IMG/VR virus record: IMGVR_UViG_3300042315_000125
Location: 1-40,214 of that record
Length of the DNA stretch: 40,214 nt
DNA from: a virus
Lineage: Duplodnaviria > Caudoviricetes
Direction: 5' to 3' (one strand)
Shown here: in pieces, positions 26,769 through 36,792 of the stretch
How the letters are laid out: each line of letters opens with the position of its first letter
How positions within the stretch are numbered: position 1 is the stretch's first letter
Notes under the pieces: model-generated
What the model saw: the letters and a program-made list of their open reading frames with translations, nothing else
Database searches by the model: none
What the model was told of the DNA's origin: nothing
Position numbers and translations under genes: made by a program

Positions 26769-27050
26769 TTAGTCTCTAAATCCCATTGTGTTGCCGTCAA
26801 AGGCCTTGCCTACTTCATTAGATATCTTCATTGCACTATCAATATCTTTTTGCTTAGTAGATACTGGTTCTACTCCTTGCTTTAATGCAGACCAGTAGGA
26901 ATCTAATTCTCTGTTATCTTTATTCTCTTTGTCTTTATCCCAACCTTGTCTAGTTGGAAAACATCCTGCAAACATTGGTGAGTTTTGCTTAAGGCAATCA
27001 CCGTATGATTGGTGGTCTTGCGTCTTACAGCTTGATGTACAGTTACTCAT
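26769..27050 (-). CDS. Hypothetical protein with an N-terminal C/H motif
   Basis: MSNCTSSCKTQDHQSYGDCL; SD GAGGAG. Confidence 0.8.
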   Translation of the reverse strand: MSNCTSSCKTQDHQSYGDCLKQNSPMFAGCFPTRQGWDKDKENKDNRELDSYWSALKQGVEPVSTKQKDIDSAMKISNEVGKAFDGNTMGFRD

Positions 27051-27397
27051 TGCTCCTCATAAATTGGTGTTAGGTAATCGCCATACCCTTTGGATGCCAT
27101 AAAGTCACCCTGTTCAATTGTAATGCTATAGACGTGACCACCGAGGAAGTAATAGTCAGCATCTGCTAAAGTGTTTTGATACGGATATAAAGTTTCTTCA
27201 ACTTCTTCATTATTAATAATTAAAGTTACACCACGAGCAATATCAGTTAAAAACGGATTGATAGGTCCAGTTGATGTTCCACCAGTAATAGGTCTACCAG
27301 CAAGACGGGAATATTTATCAGGCCAAGGTTGACCTGCTCCCCACGTTTGGTATTCCCAAGGTGTGGTTATTGAATAACCTACTAATACTTGTGGCAT
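27047..27397 (-). CDS. Hypothetical virion protein (MPQVLVGY..., 116 aa)
   Basis: ATG 27397 after SD AAAGGAAG; follows the capsid gene. Confidence 0.78.
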   Translation of the reverse strand: MPQVLVGYSITTPWEYQTWGAGQPWPDKYSRLAGRPITGGTSTGPINPFLTDIARGVTLIINNEEVEETLYPYQNTLADADYYFLGGHVYSITIEQGDFMASKGYGDYLTPIYEEQ

Positions 27398-27413
27398 AAC
27401 TTCCTTTCTAAGT

Positions 27414-27443
27414 GATGAGAGGTGGTTTGACCCACCTCCCACC
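27414..27443 (-). terminator. Stem-loop after the major capsid gene
   Basis: GGTGGGAGGTGG-GTCAAA-CCACCTCTCATC; no long U-tract. Confidence 0.55.
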
Positions 27444-27454
27444 GAACGGTTTTA

Positions 27455-28381
27455 TTAGCCGTTTGTTGCAGCAGATTCCACACGGTAGATAGCTGCTTGA
27501 CGAAGTAGAGACCATCCGCCGAAGTAGTACCAACCGATTGTGTGGTAACGACGCAACGCATCGATTTGAGGTCCGATAATCGTTGAGATATCTTGACCTT
27601 GCGCTTCTGCAAGCGCTTCACGTCCGGCAATTACTGCCTTGTAAACGTTAGTTGTTCCGTTTGTTGCAAAAGGAACACGAGGTGTTTCAACAATGAAAGC
27701 ACCTTCGATTACACCAACAGCACCAGCGACGAACGGAGTGCGATCAACGAACTTGGTCAAGTCCTGGAATCCACCAGTTCCTGTTTCAGCACGAAGGTCA
27801 GCAGTCTGACGTGGGTGTAGGTATCCTGCATACAGTTCGCCAATACGAGGCAGAGCCTTGTTTGTACGAAGTTCAGTTACAGCCTGACGGATGTCAGATA
27901 CTGTGATTAACTGAGTTGCAGTGATTCCTGCTGTGTTGGTTGCTGTGCCTGCATAGATTGCGTTAGAGCCTGATGTAAGAACAGAGGCTACAACAGAATC
28001 GATAGAGTCTGCAGCGTTATAAGCGATGATATCAGCAAGTGCTGCATCTACATCGTTGAATGAAGTTAGGTTTAACTTCTTAGTTGTTGTTACGGCTGAG
28101 CCGTACTCTTGTAGTGTTACTGTAACCTGATTTGGGTTACCTAGAGCAATAGAAGAAACATCAAGTGATTCTGTCAAAGTTGAAGTAGCTTGCGCTAAAT
28201 CAGAATAGATTGAGAATACAACTGATGATCCTGGCATTGCCTGTTGAACAGGTTTGACATCTGCAAGCGCTCTCATTACTGGAATGGAACGTAGTGCCAT
28301 ACGGACGTATTGATCATACGCGGTCTGGACTAAATTGCTGATTGCCGAGGTACCTGTTAGCGTACCTTGTGGTAGTGCCAT
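27455..28381 (-). CDS. Major capsid protein (HK97 fold, N4-gp56-like)
   Basis: 308 aa after the scaffold; VTVTLQEYG, YLHP...DLR, GVIEGAFIVETP and IGWY; strong codon bias. Confidence 0.9.
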   Translation of the reverse strand: MALPQGTLTGTSAISNLVQTAYDQYVRMALRSIPVMRALADVKPVQQAMPGSSVVFSIYSDLAQATSTLTESLDVSSIALGNPNQVTVTLQEYGSAVTTTKKLNLTSFNDVDAALADIIAYNAADSIDSVVASVLTSGSNAIYAGTATNTAGITATQLITVSDIRQAVTELRTNKALPRIGELYAGYLHPRQTADLRAETGTGGFQDLTKFVDRTPFVAGAVGVIEGAFIVETPRVPFATNGTTNVYKAVIAGREALAEAQGQDISTIIGPQIDALRRYHTIGWYYFGGWSLLRQAAIYRVESAATNG

Positions 28382-28407
28382 TTAGGGTTTAGCCTTTCGG
28401 ATAGAAG

Positions 28408-28878
28408 TTATAACCCAGATTGGCGTATGACTTCGTCCAACTCTTCTTTGCTGTTAGTATTAAGAATCTTTCTTAGCATATCATCTGATGAATCAGGAGT
28501 TAATCCATTATCAACAGCGCTATTCATTTTCTTATACGCAGCGGCTTGAGCTGGGTCAACGACATCTTGGGTCGGTTCAGCAGTTATACCAAATACGTCA
28601 CCGTATTCAGTTAACCACTTAGACAAAGACTCCTCAGTTGGGTCTATGTCCGAAGGAATGAAAGAAGCAACCTTCTTATTCACTCCACGAGCTTCGAGGA
28701 CATCTTTTATAGCTCGTTCTCTTTGTGCTTTGGAAACTCCATCAAACTGTGCTTTTAGCTCAGCTAATTCTTTTTCCTTTTGCTTATTTGCTTTACGCAA
28801 CTGTTTAACGAGATCATTATTCTGACTCAGATCCTGTGTAGTATCGTCGTCTTCATCCTCGTAGTCGAAATTGGACAT
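28408..28878 (-). CDS. Capsid scaffolding protein
   Basis: Acidic N-terminus, coiled coil, helical C-terminus, directly upstream of the capsid gene. Confidence 0.8.
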   Translation of the reverse strand: MSNFDYEDEDDDTTQDLSQNNDLVKQLRKANKQKEKELAELKAQFDGVSKAQRERAIKDVLEARGVNKKVASFIPSDIDPTEESLSKWLTEYGDVFGITAEPTQDVVDPAQAAAYKKMNSAVDNGLTPDSSDDMLRKILNTNSKEELDEVIRQSGL

Positions 28879-28906
28879 TGTCCATCTCCCATTCTGTTTG
28901 TAGTTT

Positions 28907-29001
28907 CGCGGACCTCATATAGATTTGGGGATTTCTATATGGCTTCCACTCCTGGTATTTATTGTTTCTCTCTAACGGACCAGTCGTCCCATTAGCAGGC
29001 C
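28907..29001 (-). ncRNA. Candidate structured leader RNA of the scaffold/capsid genes
   Basis: Stems GGCCT/AGGTC, CTAATGGG/TCCGTTAG and CATATAGA/TCTATATG; potential pseudoknot CTGGT/ACCAG. Confidence 0.45.
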
Positions 29002-29008
29002 TAGTTTT

Positions 29009-30316
29009 TTAGTAAGCGCCAGCCCCGAAGGTCTGGTTATTTGTCGCTCTGTCTCTACTTAATGCTCCACTGCCAACACCGGATGAACCACTAAATGATC
29101 CAGCCTCTAACTGAGATAAACGTTTGCGCTTTTTAGCAGCATTAGCAGAATCTGCAAGACTAAATATTTCTTGTTCTGCTTGTTGTTGAGTATAAGGAGA
29201 CTCTTGGTAAATTTCTGAAAGTTTCTCACCAGTAGGTAGGAACTCAGCAATAGCGCCATAACCTTGTTGTGCTTGTTGTTTGGTTATGCCGTATCCAGCT
29301 AATCCTTCAGCGGTTGTACGATTTGTCTTAAGTCCTGCGCCCAATGCTGCTCCGCCAATTTCAGCGGCAGTTACCTTACGCTTAATATCAGTTAATGCTT
29401 TAGTTGGATCGAGGGTATAAGCCAAGATATCTCCATCTGTAATATCGGGATAGAAGGATCTAAGTGCTTGTTTAATCTCTGGGTTAGCGTTCATAACTCT
29501 GCTTTGTGCAGTCATTATCCGATCTTCTAACTCTTCTGCAGATACATCGTTAGCAAGAAGTTGATTAAAACCAGCCTGAGTTCCCATAGAATCTTTAGCA
29601 TAATAAGTATTAGGTAATCCGTAGTTACGCATAATATTTTGATATTGATCTTCCATACCAAGATATTCTCTTTCATTAAGAGCAGTTAATCCTTTGGCAA
29701 TACGATCTGTATTAGCGGAAAATCTTTTCTTATAAGCATCTGTTGCTCGTAATGCTAGTGTTAATTCAGCAGAAGATGGACCTGACACTATAAGAGCCTT
29801 TAAAGGTTCTACTAAAGCGCCTAATCCATATTGATTAAACTCTGCTAATAAAATATCATAAGCGGATTGACCTGCTCTACGCAATTTTTCAGCGTCATCA
29901 GCAGTACTGCTATCTTCATATATAGCACCTGGGATATTAACTGGAGTACCGTATAGATTAATTAAATTTTCTGTATTAGTTACAGCACCTTGTTCTGCTT
30001 TAGTTTGTTCAGATATATTGTAGCCAATATTTTCTCCGGTATAAGCATTAGCAGCAGCACCTTGTAATCCATATCTAGCAGACATTGCAGCTAGACCTCT
30101 TGCTGCACCAGCATCAAGCCCAGCAGGTAATCCTGCCAAAGCCTTTTCAAATATTGTTTGACCAGTTGTTCCTCTAGCGCCAACTTGTGCGGTAGTAAGT
30201 GCTTCTTTTACTACTGGTAGTTTTGCTTTTTGTTCTGCTAATTTTGCTGGTCTTTCGGCTTCCGCCCTACGTGCAGCATCTATTGCTGCTTGATTAGTTA
30301 CTTTCTTTTCAGCCAT
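29009..30316 (-). CDS. Putative internal virion protein
   Basis: 435 aa, Ala/Gln-rich and helical, between portal and scaffold. Confidence 0.7.
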   Translation of the reverse strand: MAEKKVTNQAAIDAARRAEAERPAKLAEQKAKLPVVKEALTTAQVGARGTTGQTIFEKALAGLPAGLDAGAARGLAAMSARYGLQGAAANAYTGENIGYNISEQTKAEQGAVTNTENLINLYGTPVNIPGAIYEDSSTADDAEKLRRAGQSAYDILLAEFNQYGLGALVEPLKALIVSGPSSAELTLALRATDAYKKRFSANTDRIAKGLTALNEREYLGMEDQYQNIMRNYGLPNTYYAKDSMGTQAGFNQLLANDVSAEELEDRIMTAQSRVMNANPEIKQALRSFYPDITDGDILAYTLDPTKALTDIKRKVTAAEIGGAALGAGLKTNRTTAEGLAGYGITKQQAQQGYGAIAEFLPTGEKLSEIYQESPYTQQQAEQEIFSLADSANAAKKRKRLSQLEAGSFSGSSGVGSGALSRDRATNNQTFGAGAY

Positions 30317-30319
30317 TAC

Positions 30320-31219
30320 CTACCCCTGAAATCCAAAGTCCTGAAGGACTCTAAGTGTTGAATCTGCAACTGTCTTTTTAGCATTACTTGTGTATTGCCA
30401 ACGTGGATCTTGACGTAACTCTTTTTCAAATTCATAAATTGATTTAGTTCCAACTTTACCGTCGGGAAGAGTGTAAGAAAGAGCGCTTCTAATTTTAGGA
30501 TCAAATAGATCAACTGCCGTAGAAGGTATCTCAAGGATATTACTCATTGATTGAATATAAGGATCTGCTAAAGTCTTTAGATCAATACCAGATTTAATCT
30601 TATCTGCTAGTTGAGGGAAGGCAGATGCTGCGCTTTCTCTAATAGTATTAAAAGCGGTATCAGCATCTAATACACCTGCTACGATTTTATTAGCATATTC
30701 AGTTGCTGCTGAATCAGAAAGCATAATACCGTTTCTAGCGGCTAAGTTTTTAACCTCAGTAAAGTATCTACCAGAAGGACCTTCCGGAACTGCTAACTTG
30801 CTTACCTCTTGCTTACCAGAAAGTAGATTAGTTTTGATTTGATCGGTAAGCCATAACCTAGGATCAAGATTATCGGCTGTTAAATATTCACTACTTACTA
30901 ATTGACCGTTACGATAAGTCTCTTTAACGGTTGTTTTAGACTTACCATCTGGACTCTTGTATTTGTTTTTAAGTTGAGGAAGCCAAATAGCTAATTCGTT
31001 TTGATTAGCATCTCTTCCGTAAAACTGTTTAAATACTTGATTTATCTTTTGTTCTAAAGCAAGGTCATCTGGAATATTAGATGAGGTTTGAACTCTGGTA
31101 TAGGTACCAGATTTTTTAGGCTTATTTGCACTACCAGAAACTGCGGCTTGACGTGCAGCCTCAGCTTGCTCTTTGGTCATTAAACCAGCAGATACAAGTG
31201 CGTCTAAATAATCGGCCAT
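30320..31219 (-). CDS. Putative internal virion protein
   Basis: 299 aa; LRQDPRWQYT motif; operon position. Confidence 0.7.
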   Translation of the reverse strand: MADYLDALVSAGLMTKEQAEAARQAAVSGSANKPKKSGTYTRVQTSSNIPDDLALEQKINQVFKQFYGRDANQNELAIWLPQLKNKYKSPDGKSKTTVKETYRNGQLVSSEYLTADNLDPRLWLTDQIKTNLLSGKQEVSKLAVPEGPSGRYFTEVKNLAARNGIMLSDSAATEYANKIVAGVLDADTAFNTIRESAASAFPQLADKIKSGIDLKTLADPYIQSMSNILEIPSTAVDLFDPKIRSALSYTLPDGKVGTKSIYEFEKELRQDPRWQYTSNAKKTVADSTLRVLQDFGFQG

Positions 31220-34200
31220 TATTTGGTACCCTTCTCAGTTGTTACTGGAGTTAAATTCTTATCAGTAATTAAATCTTGTGATAAAAATCTATCATAAAGA
31301 TATGCAAACCCAAGTGGATCATCTTTCTTTAACTTACTCACAACAGCATCGTAAGCAAACCTTACATCAATATTTGCTTTGGCATTAATAGACTTTACAT
31401 CTCTTTTCATAAGTTCATTTGCCATTGCTTTTCTAATATCAAAGTAAACAGAAACAGATTTCCAAGTTGGATTGTTTTTATTATCTTGCATAAATTTCTC
31501 ATTATCAAGGATCTTTGAAAGACCTGAAACTATTCGGTTTGTCTTAGAACCATCTGAGTCAAGATAATCATCTGACCAAGCGGTTTGTTGAAATGTTCCA
31601 GTCTTTTCATTAAATATTGGTTTACCATCATTATCAGTTTGAATTGATAGTTTTTGAATAAAGGAATCTTTGACTATTTTAAGGTCTTCTGCACCATTTT
31701 GTTGAACAGAAGTTAGAGTACGTCTCTTAAGTTCCTCATCAATAATATTCATAAATTTGTTATATTCAATCCAGCCCTTTTCCGCCTCATTCTTACGTTG
31801 AGCGTCAGCAGGACTTTGTGATGATAAAAACTTATTCTGAGTATCAGGTGATATTTTCTTGCCATACAAATAATTGTAAGCTGCTTGAGAGAAATCATAA
31901 CCGGAAGGATTGTTAACAACTAAACCAACCAACTTAGGTTCAATCTTTGCTAGTTCACCTACAAGACCATCATACTTTTTGATGTTTCTAACTGCTTGTA
32001 CTGATGATTGGACACCAGTTGGGTTAGATGAAAGGCTTGCTGAGAAAGAAAAGAACTCAGGAAAGTCTTGTAAGAATTTAGCGTCTGCATTAAGACCGTA
32101 AACTCTTCTATACTCACGAGACTTATCAAGGTAAAACTTATACGGAGTATCAAATCTTGGAGCAAAAGGCATAATTAGGTTAGCGGCGGTACGCATATTC
32201 CAATAATCCTTAGTCATCTTAAGAATTTTGTTTGAATCTACTGGTGGTAATCCATTACGTTTTGCTTTTTGTTGTTCAGTATTGTAAATTAATTGATAAC
32301 TGTTAGCAAATGCTGGATCAGATTGACCAGTAAATCTTGTTTGTAATCTTTGGAACCAAGTTGGCAGGAATCCTGATACTGCATTTTTAGAAGGACCAAA
32401 AGGAAGCGCCCATTTAAACGAATCTTCTAATGAAGGTTGACGTTTTACTACTTCTGATACAGGAACTCCAACATAAGGACCTACTGGGAAGATGTCACTG
32501 AAAATATTTGGGTTGCCCTTCATATAAAGGACATCTAATCCGCCTTGAAATAGGATATCTAAAGATCCTTTTGGAATACCAAGACCACCTGTGACCTCAA
32601 CACCCTCTGCTGCCTTACCTTCAGGTGTAGTAAATGGTTCTAAACCTTTACCAATAAACGGAATCTTTGTAACTCCCTTTGGAAGTCCTATCCAAATAAT
32701 ATCATTACCTGATGTTTGGCCTGCTGGAACTTCATTACCCTCTTGGTCAGTTACAAGACCTGCTTTATTTGGTGAGTTCCATACAAGATATCCGCGATTA
32801 ACAATTGCTGGATTAGCTACGGCCATTTTAAGCCAAGTTTTGTAAGCGTTTTCTTGAGCTGAAAAGAATGGGTTAATATATTTCATAGCAGCAGCAAGAT
32901 TAGATTTACGTTCAATATTAAATAGAACGCCCTTCATTTCTCGCAATGCTACTTTATGAGCAGCACTCATAATTTCTTCTTGATCAGCAATAGATAATCT
33001 ATCACCTTTAAGGCCAGCCATTATATCAACGCGACGTTTAGCCTCTTGACGATAAAAGTTAATGTATAAAGGATTTCTTGCCCAAGCATCTTCAGGCAAA
33101 GTTGCAAGCATTTTAAATGCTCCGTTAATAAACTTCTTTATATTTTTATCAGAAGGGTTAAATAATTGTTCTTTTAATATATGACCGTGAATAATAGGTA
33201 ATTCGGTTGGGTCTTTAAAAGTTGATCTTAAATCATTAGCAGTGATGTCAGTAATTTTATCACGCAAGTTAGATGATGCTGGTAAATACTGATCTAAAAA
33301 TTGACTAGATTTTGTAACGTATTCTGCTGCTTCATCAGATTGAATACTTAATCTATTTCGTAGGTTACGTCCCTCTGGTGAATTTCTAAGCCAGCGAGTA
33401 ATATCATCAACTGACTCACCAGCAATAATTTTTTTAACAACTGCTGAGTTACCAAATTGAGTACGTAATGTTTGTGCCCATTGTTCAAAGTAACCTGGAT
33501 CAGTTGGACGTATAGCTCCAATACCAGTAGATGCTACTTTACGCATATACATATCGGTATTGCTATCAACCATACGCTCAAATGAGTTACCAGAAGAAGC
33601 AATCTTACGGAACATATCTCCTAGTGGACCGCCAAAAGCATCGTGAAGAACATATTTTTGACCATCAGATGTAACTGCTTCAAATGATCCAGTACCAATA
33701 CGGGCTTTAGGATCAGAACCCTTTGATCTATTTAATAAATTTGCATAATGATTATATACAGCTAACTTTTCTTGTTCTAATTCTTTAAGAGTATTGACTT
33801 TACCAGCAAGATCTAAATCGTCTGGGTCTAAAGACAACTTTGTCTCACCAATAGATATATCTTTTTTCAAAGTTTCAAGTTCTTTTACAACACCAACATT
33901 TGCCTGTTGAATTTGCTTTAAAGTCATACCAGCTTCTACTGGGGCATATCTATCAATTAGTCTTCCTGGAACAGCAACAGTATTATTTAATAAATTTTTG
34001 AAGCCAGGGCCTAAGTGACGTAATGTAACAAGAGAACCTACGGATGCTGCTATACGAAGTTGAGAATCTATGCCGTTACGCATAGTATAACCAAGACGGA
34101 GTAAAGCGCCTGCTTTGAAAGCATCTTGTAATATATCTGCGTAGTGTAAAGTTGTATCTACGGGTGTGCCAATAAATGAATTGAGTAATGATTTATTACG

Positions 34201-35979
34201 TTTAAGTAATCTATCCATTAATTGAAAATCCATCAATGGTAAATAGTTGGCAGTCTGAGACTCAAATTGAGGAATTTTAAGAATTGATTCATCAAGATCA
34301 ACCATAAAGCCTTTATCTTTAATAGACTTTAATGCTGAAGTTCTTGCGCCATTCCAATCGTTATAAATTCGATCTGCTACTGTTTCATTAATGTTATGTC
34401 TTTTAGCAATAGCCCTAAGAACTGTAGTTTCAAGATTTCTTACTACATTAAATTTAGCCTCTGGTGTAGCGGCAGCCATATAATTATCTAATATAGTTTT
34501 AGATTGTTGTTCATCAAAAAGGTTAAGACCTCGTAATGATTTTTGCGTTAATCTTGGTGAGGTATCTGGACCAATAACATTTATAGTTGCAATTATTTCT
34601 CTATAAGAATCAGGGTCATTAAAGTCAACTAAACCTGCTGGACGCTCATTTTGATTCCAAGAAAACTTTTGGTATAAACGATGAAAGGGAGTAGGTTGAA
34701 ATACTTCTACTTTAGGATTACCAACTGTTTTGTCATAAAATTTAACAGCACGAGATTTAGCAACAAGATCTTCAACACCTTGTAATGCTTTACCAGTAGT
34801 GCGAGTAAGAGCACCGCCACCCTTGCCTACTTCCATTAAGTTAGCAAAGTATTGATCTGTCTTAGCTAGTGACTCATAATTACGTATAGCCTCTTCAGCA
34901 ACTGCTGGACTATCATTTAAGAATGGAATCATTCCAGTTCCATCTGGAGCAGCAAATAATTTATATTCATCTACTGCGGACATTTTGCCACGAGCAGCCT
35001 CTAACGCATCAGTGATGTACGCTCTTTGTAAGGCTAATTCATCCATAGCAGCAGGGTCTGACATAGCAGAACGTAAGATAAGTGCTGTTTCATCACGGTC
35101 TATTGAATCACCTAATAGGTGTGCAAGTAATCCTGGGTTAGTTGATGACTTAACCATAGGATGAGAAATAGCATAAGCAGAATCGTTCTTAGTAAAATCA
35201 TCTAATACTTTACTGAAACGGTTATTAACTCCGTATTGAGCCTTAGTAATATCTTCTGCTGCTTTAGCCACAACATCGGCATTAGTTAATTTACCTACAC
35301 CTATTTGACTTGCTTTAAGAACCTTAACTCCCTTACCAGCAGCAAGGGTTACATCTCCAATAAATTGAATACCAAGATCAAAGCCACCGGATAGTGCTTT
35401 ACCCCAAGCGCTATTTTTAAATGCTTTTTCTCTTTGTGCTGGATCATAAACATTAAACTTTGGGTCATAGATAGATCTGTATTTAGACATAACAGCTTGA
35501 CCGTATGAAATCTCTTGTGCGCCTTTATAGGCTTTTCGCCAAGCGTTAGGATCAAAGAAAGTTCCTAAACTATCAGTTTTAACCATATCACCTTGAACTA
35601 ATTCAAAGGTGGTAAGTGGTTCTCTAATATACTCTTGGTTGATTTTGTTGATACGTTCAAGTGTTGGTTGAACACCAGGAACTTTCATAATAGCACCACC
35701 AGCAGAAGCTAAAGGTTTAATTATGTTTTTGTTATTTTCGTTCCAATAACCTCTTACTGTATCAATAAATCCAGAGTATTCATCTGAACTATTCCAAGGG
35801 GCAGTACCTAAATCCCAACCTAATTTTACTGTTGATCCTGCACCAACTAATACTTCTCCGCCCCATTTAGCAAGATTAGTTGCACCACGAGCAGTACTTT
35901 CAACTTCATCACTTGCAATTCTTCCAAAGGTTGAAGCTACATCACCGATTCTGTTCCATACACTCACAACATATCCCAT
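31219..35979 (-). CDS. Large internal virion (ejection) protein; start may be GTG 35967
   Basis: About 1586 aa, helical, no tape-measure repeats; PFFSA motif as in large podovirus core proteins. Confidence 0.75.
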   Translation of the reverse strand: MGYVVSVWNRIGDVASTFGRIASDEVESTARGATNLAKWGGEVLVGAGSTVKLGWDLGTAPWNSSDEYSGFIDTVRGYWNENNKNIIKPLASAGGAIMKVPGVQPTLERINKINQEYIREPLTTFELVQGDMVKTDSLGTFFDPNAWRKAYKGAQEISYGQAVMSKYRSIYDPKFNVYDPAQREKAFKNSAWGKALSGGFDLGIQFIGDVTLAAGKGVKVLKASQIGVGKLTNADVVAKAAEDITKAQYGVNNRFSKVLDDFTKNDSAYAISHPMVKSSTNPGLLAHLLGDSIDRDETALILRSAMSDPAAMDELALQRAYITDALEAARGKMSAVDEYKLFAAPDGTGMIPFLNDSPAVAEEAIRNYESLAKTDQYFANLMEVGKGGGALTRTTGKALQGVEDLVAKSRAVKFYDKTVGNPKVEVFQPTPFHRLYQKFSWNQNERPAGLVDFNDPDSYREIIATINVIGPDTSPRLTQKSLRGLNLFDEQQSKTILDNYMAAATPEAKFNVVRNLETTVLRAIAKRHNINETVADRIYNDWNGARTSALKSIKDKGFMVDLDESILKIPQFESQTANYLPLMDFQLMDRLLKRNKSLLNSFIGTPVDTTLHYADILQDAFKAGALLRLGYTMRNGIDSQLRIAASVGSLVTLRHLGPGFKNLLNNTVAVPGRLIDRYAPVEAGMTLKQIQQANVGVVKELETLKKDISIGETKLSLDPDDLDLAGKVNTLKELEQEKLAVYNHYANLLNRSKGSDPKARIGTGSFEAVTSDGQKYVLHDAFGGPLGDMFRKIASSGNSFERMVDSNTDMYMRKVASTGIGAIRPTDPGYFEQWAQTLRTQFGNSAVVKKIIAGESVDDITRWLRNSPEGRNLRNRLSIQSDEAAEYVTKSSQFLDQYLPASSNLRDKITDITANDLRSTFKDPTELPIIHGHILKEQLFNPSDKNIKKFINGAFKMLATLPEDAWARNPLYINFYRQEAKRRVDIMAGLKGDRLSIADQEEIMSAAHKVALREMKGVLFNIERKSNLAAAMKYINPFFSAQENAYKTWLKMAVANPAIVNRGYLVWNSPNKAGLVTDQEGNEVPAGQTSGNDIIWIGLPKGVTKIPFIGKGLEPFTTPEGKAAEGVEVTGGLGIPKGSLDILFQGGLDVLYMKGNPNIFSDIFPVGPYVGVPVSEVVKRQPSLEDSFKWALPFGPSKNAVSGFLPTWFQRLQTRFTGQSDPAFANSYQLIYNTEQQKAKRNGLPPVDSNKILKMTKDYWNMRTAANLIMPFAPRFDTPYKFYLDKSREYRRVYGLNADAKFLQDFPEFFSFSASLSSNPTGVQSSVQAVRNIKKYDGLVGELAKIEPKLVGLVVNNPSGYDFSQAAYNYLYGKKISPDTQNKFLSSQSPADAQRKNEAEKGWIEYNKFMNIIDEELKRRTLTSVQQNGAEDLKIVKDSFIQKLSIQTDNDGKPIFNEKTGTFQQTAWSDDYLDSDGSKTNRIVSGLSKILDNEKFMQDNKNNPTWKSVSVYFDIRKAMANELMKRDVKSINAKANIDVRFAYDAVVSKLKKDDPLGFAYLYDRFLSQDLITDKNLTPVTTEKGTK

Positions 35980-36395
35980 AACTGCCGAATTGCTTGGCGG
36001 GTTTCAGGTGAGGTGTTAGGTAAATCTGAAATGTAATTAAGTACCGGTTTATATGCTGAAATGGTTGCTCTAAAATTTGTGTCATCTGGTTGACGCAGAG
36101 TAAGTGCTTCTGAACCCATACCGGCACCAACATCAATTCCTTGAGTAACTGGTTCATTTGGGCGCTCAGTTGGAGCAAACATAGGAGTTACTTGTGCAGA
36201 TTGTGCTGCTGTTTTAATTTGTGAAGCTGGTGCTGGGCGAACATCTGGAGTTCTAGCCAACGGAGCACCTGAAGCCATCTCTGCTGTATCTTTTGTATCA
36301 CCATATGCGTTTGATGGCATACGATCTAAACGCTTTGCATATTTACCAGGACCTGACACTCCTTTAATTGGATTAACTGCATCTTCAAGCGCCAT
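35964..36395 (-). CDS. Hypothetical virion-associated protein
   Basis: VSGPGKYAKR and PTERPNEPVTQG; SD AGGAGG. Confidence 0.8.
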   Translation of the reverse strand: MALEDAVNPIKGVSGPGKYAKRLDRMPSNAYGDTKDTAEMASGAPLARTPDVRPAPASQIKTAAQSAQVTPMFAPTERPNEPVTQGIDVGAGMGSEALTLRQPDDTNFRATISAYKPVLNYISDLPNTSPETRQAIRQLWDML

Positions 36396-36615
36396 CTTGG
36401 TCCTCCTGTATCTTCTCTAAATCGTTAGCAAAGTCTTCCCAAATTTTTTTTACTTTGGTTTCTCTACTAGCATTATAAACTGTTAATTCTAAAAATTCTT
36501 CTGTTAGTACTACTACACTCTGTGCTATGTTATTAAAAAATCCTGCAAGTACAACTAATATATCTGCGAGGTGAATCGGGCGTGGTACGAAATCTTTGTT
36601 ATCGTCCACACCCAA
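36385..36615 (-). CDS. Hypothetical protein
   Basis: 76 aa, fits the operon. Confidence 0.7.
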   Translation of the reverse strand: MGVDDNKDFVPRPIHLADILVVLAGFFNNIAQSVVVLTEEFLELTVYNASRETKVKKIWEDFANDLEKIQEDQDGA

Positions 36616-36634
36616 CCACCTATCTAATAATTGA

Positions 36635-36775
36635 TTAGCCCTTTTTTACTTTGTTTCCTTTACGAGCTGCTGCTGTATAGCCGAAATATGTCTTTCCGCC
36701 TGCTGGCTTAGAAGTATCCTTCTTGCCCTCAACTGGCTTTGACATAGGAGCTGATGCTCTTGATCCTTTGTTCAT
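36635..36775 (-). CDS. Basic micro-protein (46 aa, MNKGSRASAPMSKP...)
   Basis: Manual translation; SD AAGGGGGTG after the portal stop. Confidence 0.72.
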   Translation of the reverse strand: MNKGSRASAPMSKPVEGKKDTSKPAGGKTYFGYTAAARKGNKVKKG

Positions 36776-36792
36776 TGTTCACCCCCTTTACT

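Noticed and set aside
27382-27630. Capsid C-terminal extension by readthrough or frameshift
   Set aside because: The downstream ORF is in frame but blocked by TAA TAA and has its own SD and ATG; I saw no canonical slippery heptamer for the alternative frame.
31219-35979. Largest ORF as a tape measure protein or virion RNA polymerase
   Set aside because: No tape-measure periodicity, tail tube or chaperone genes, and no polymerase motifs recognised.
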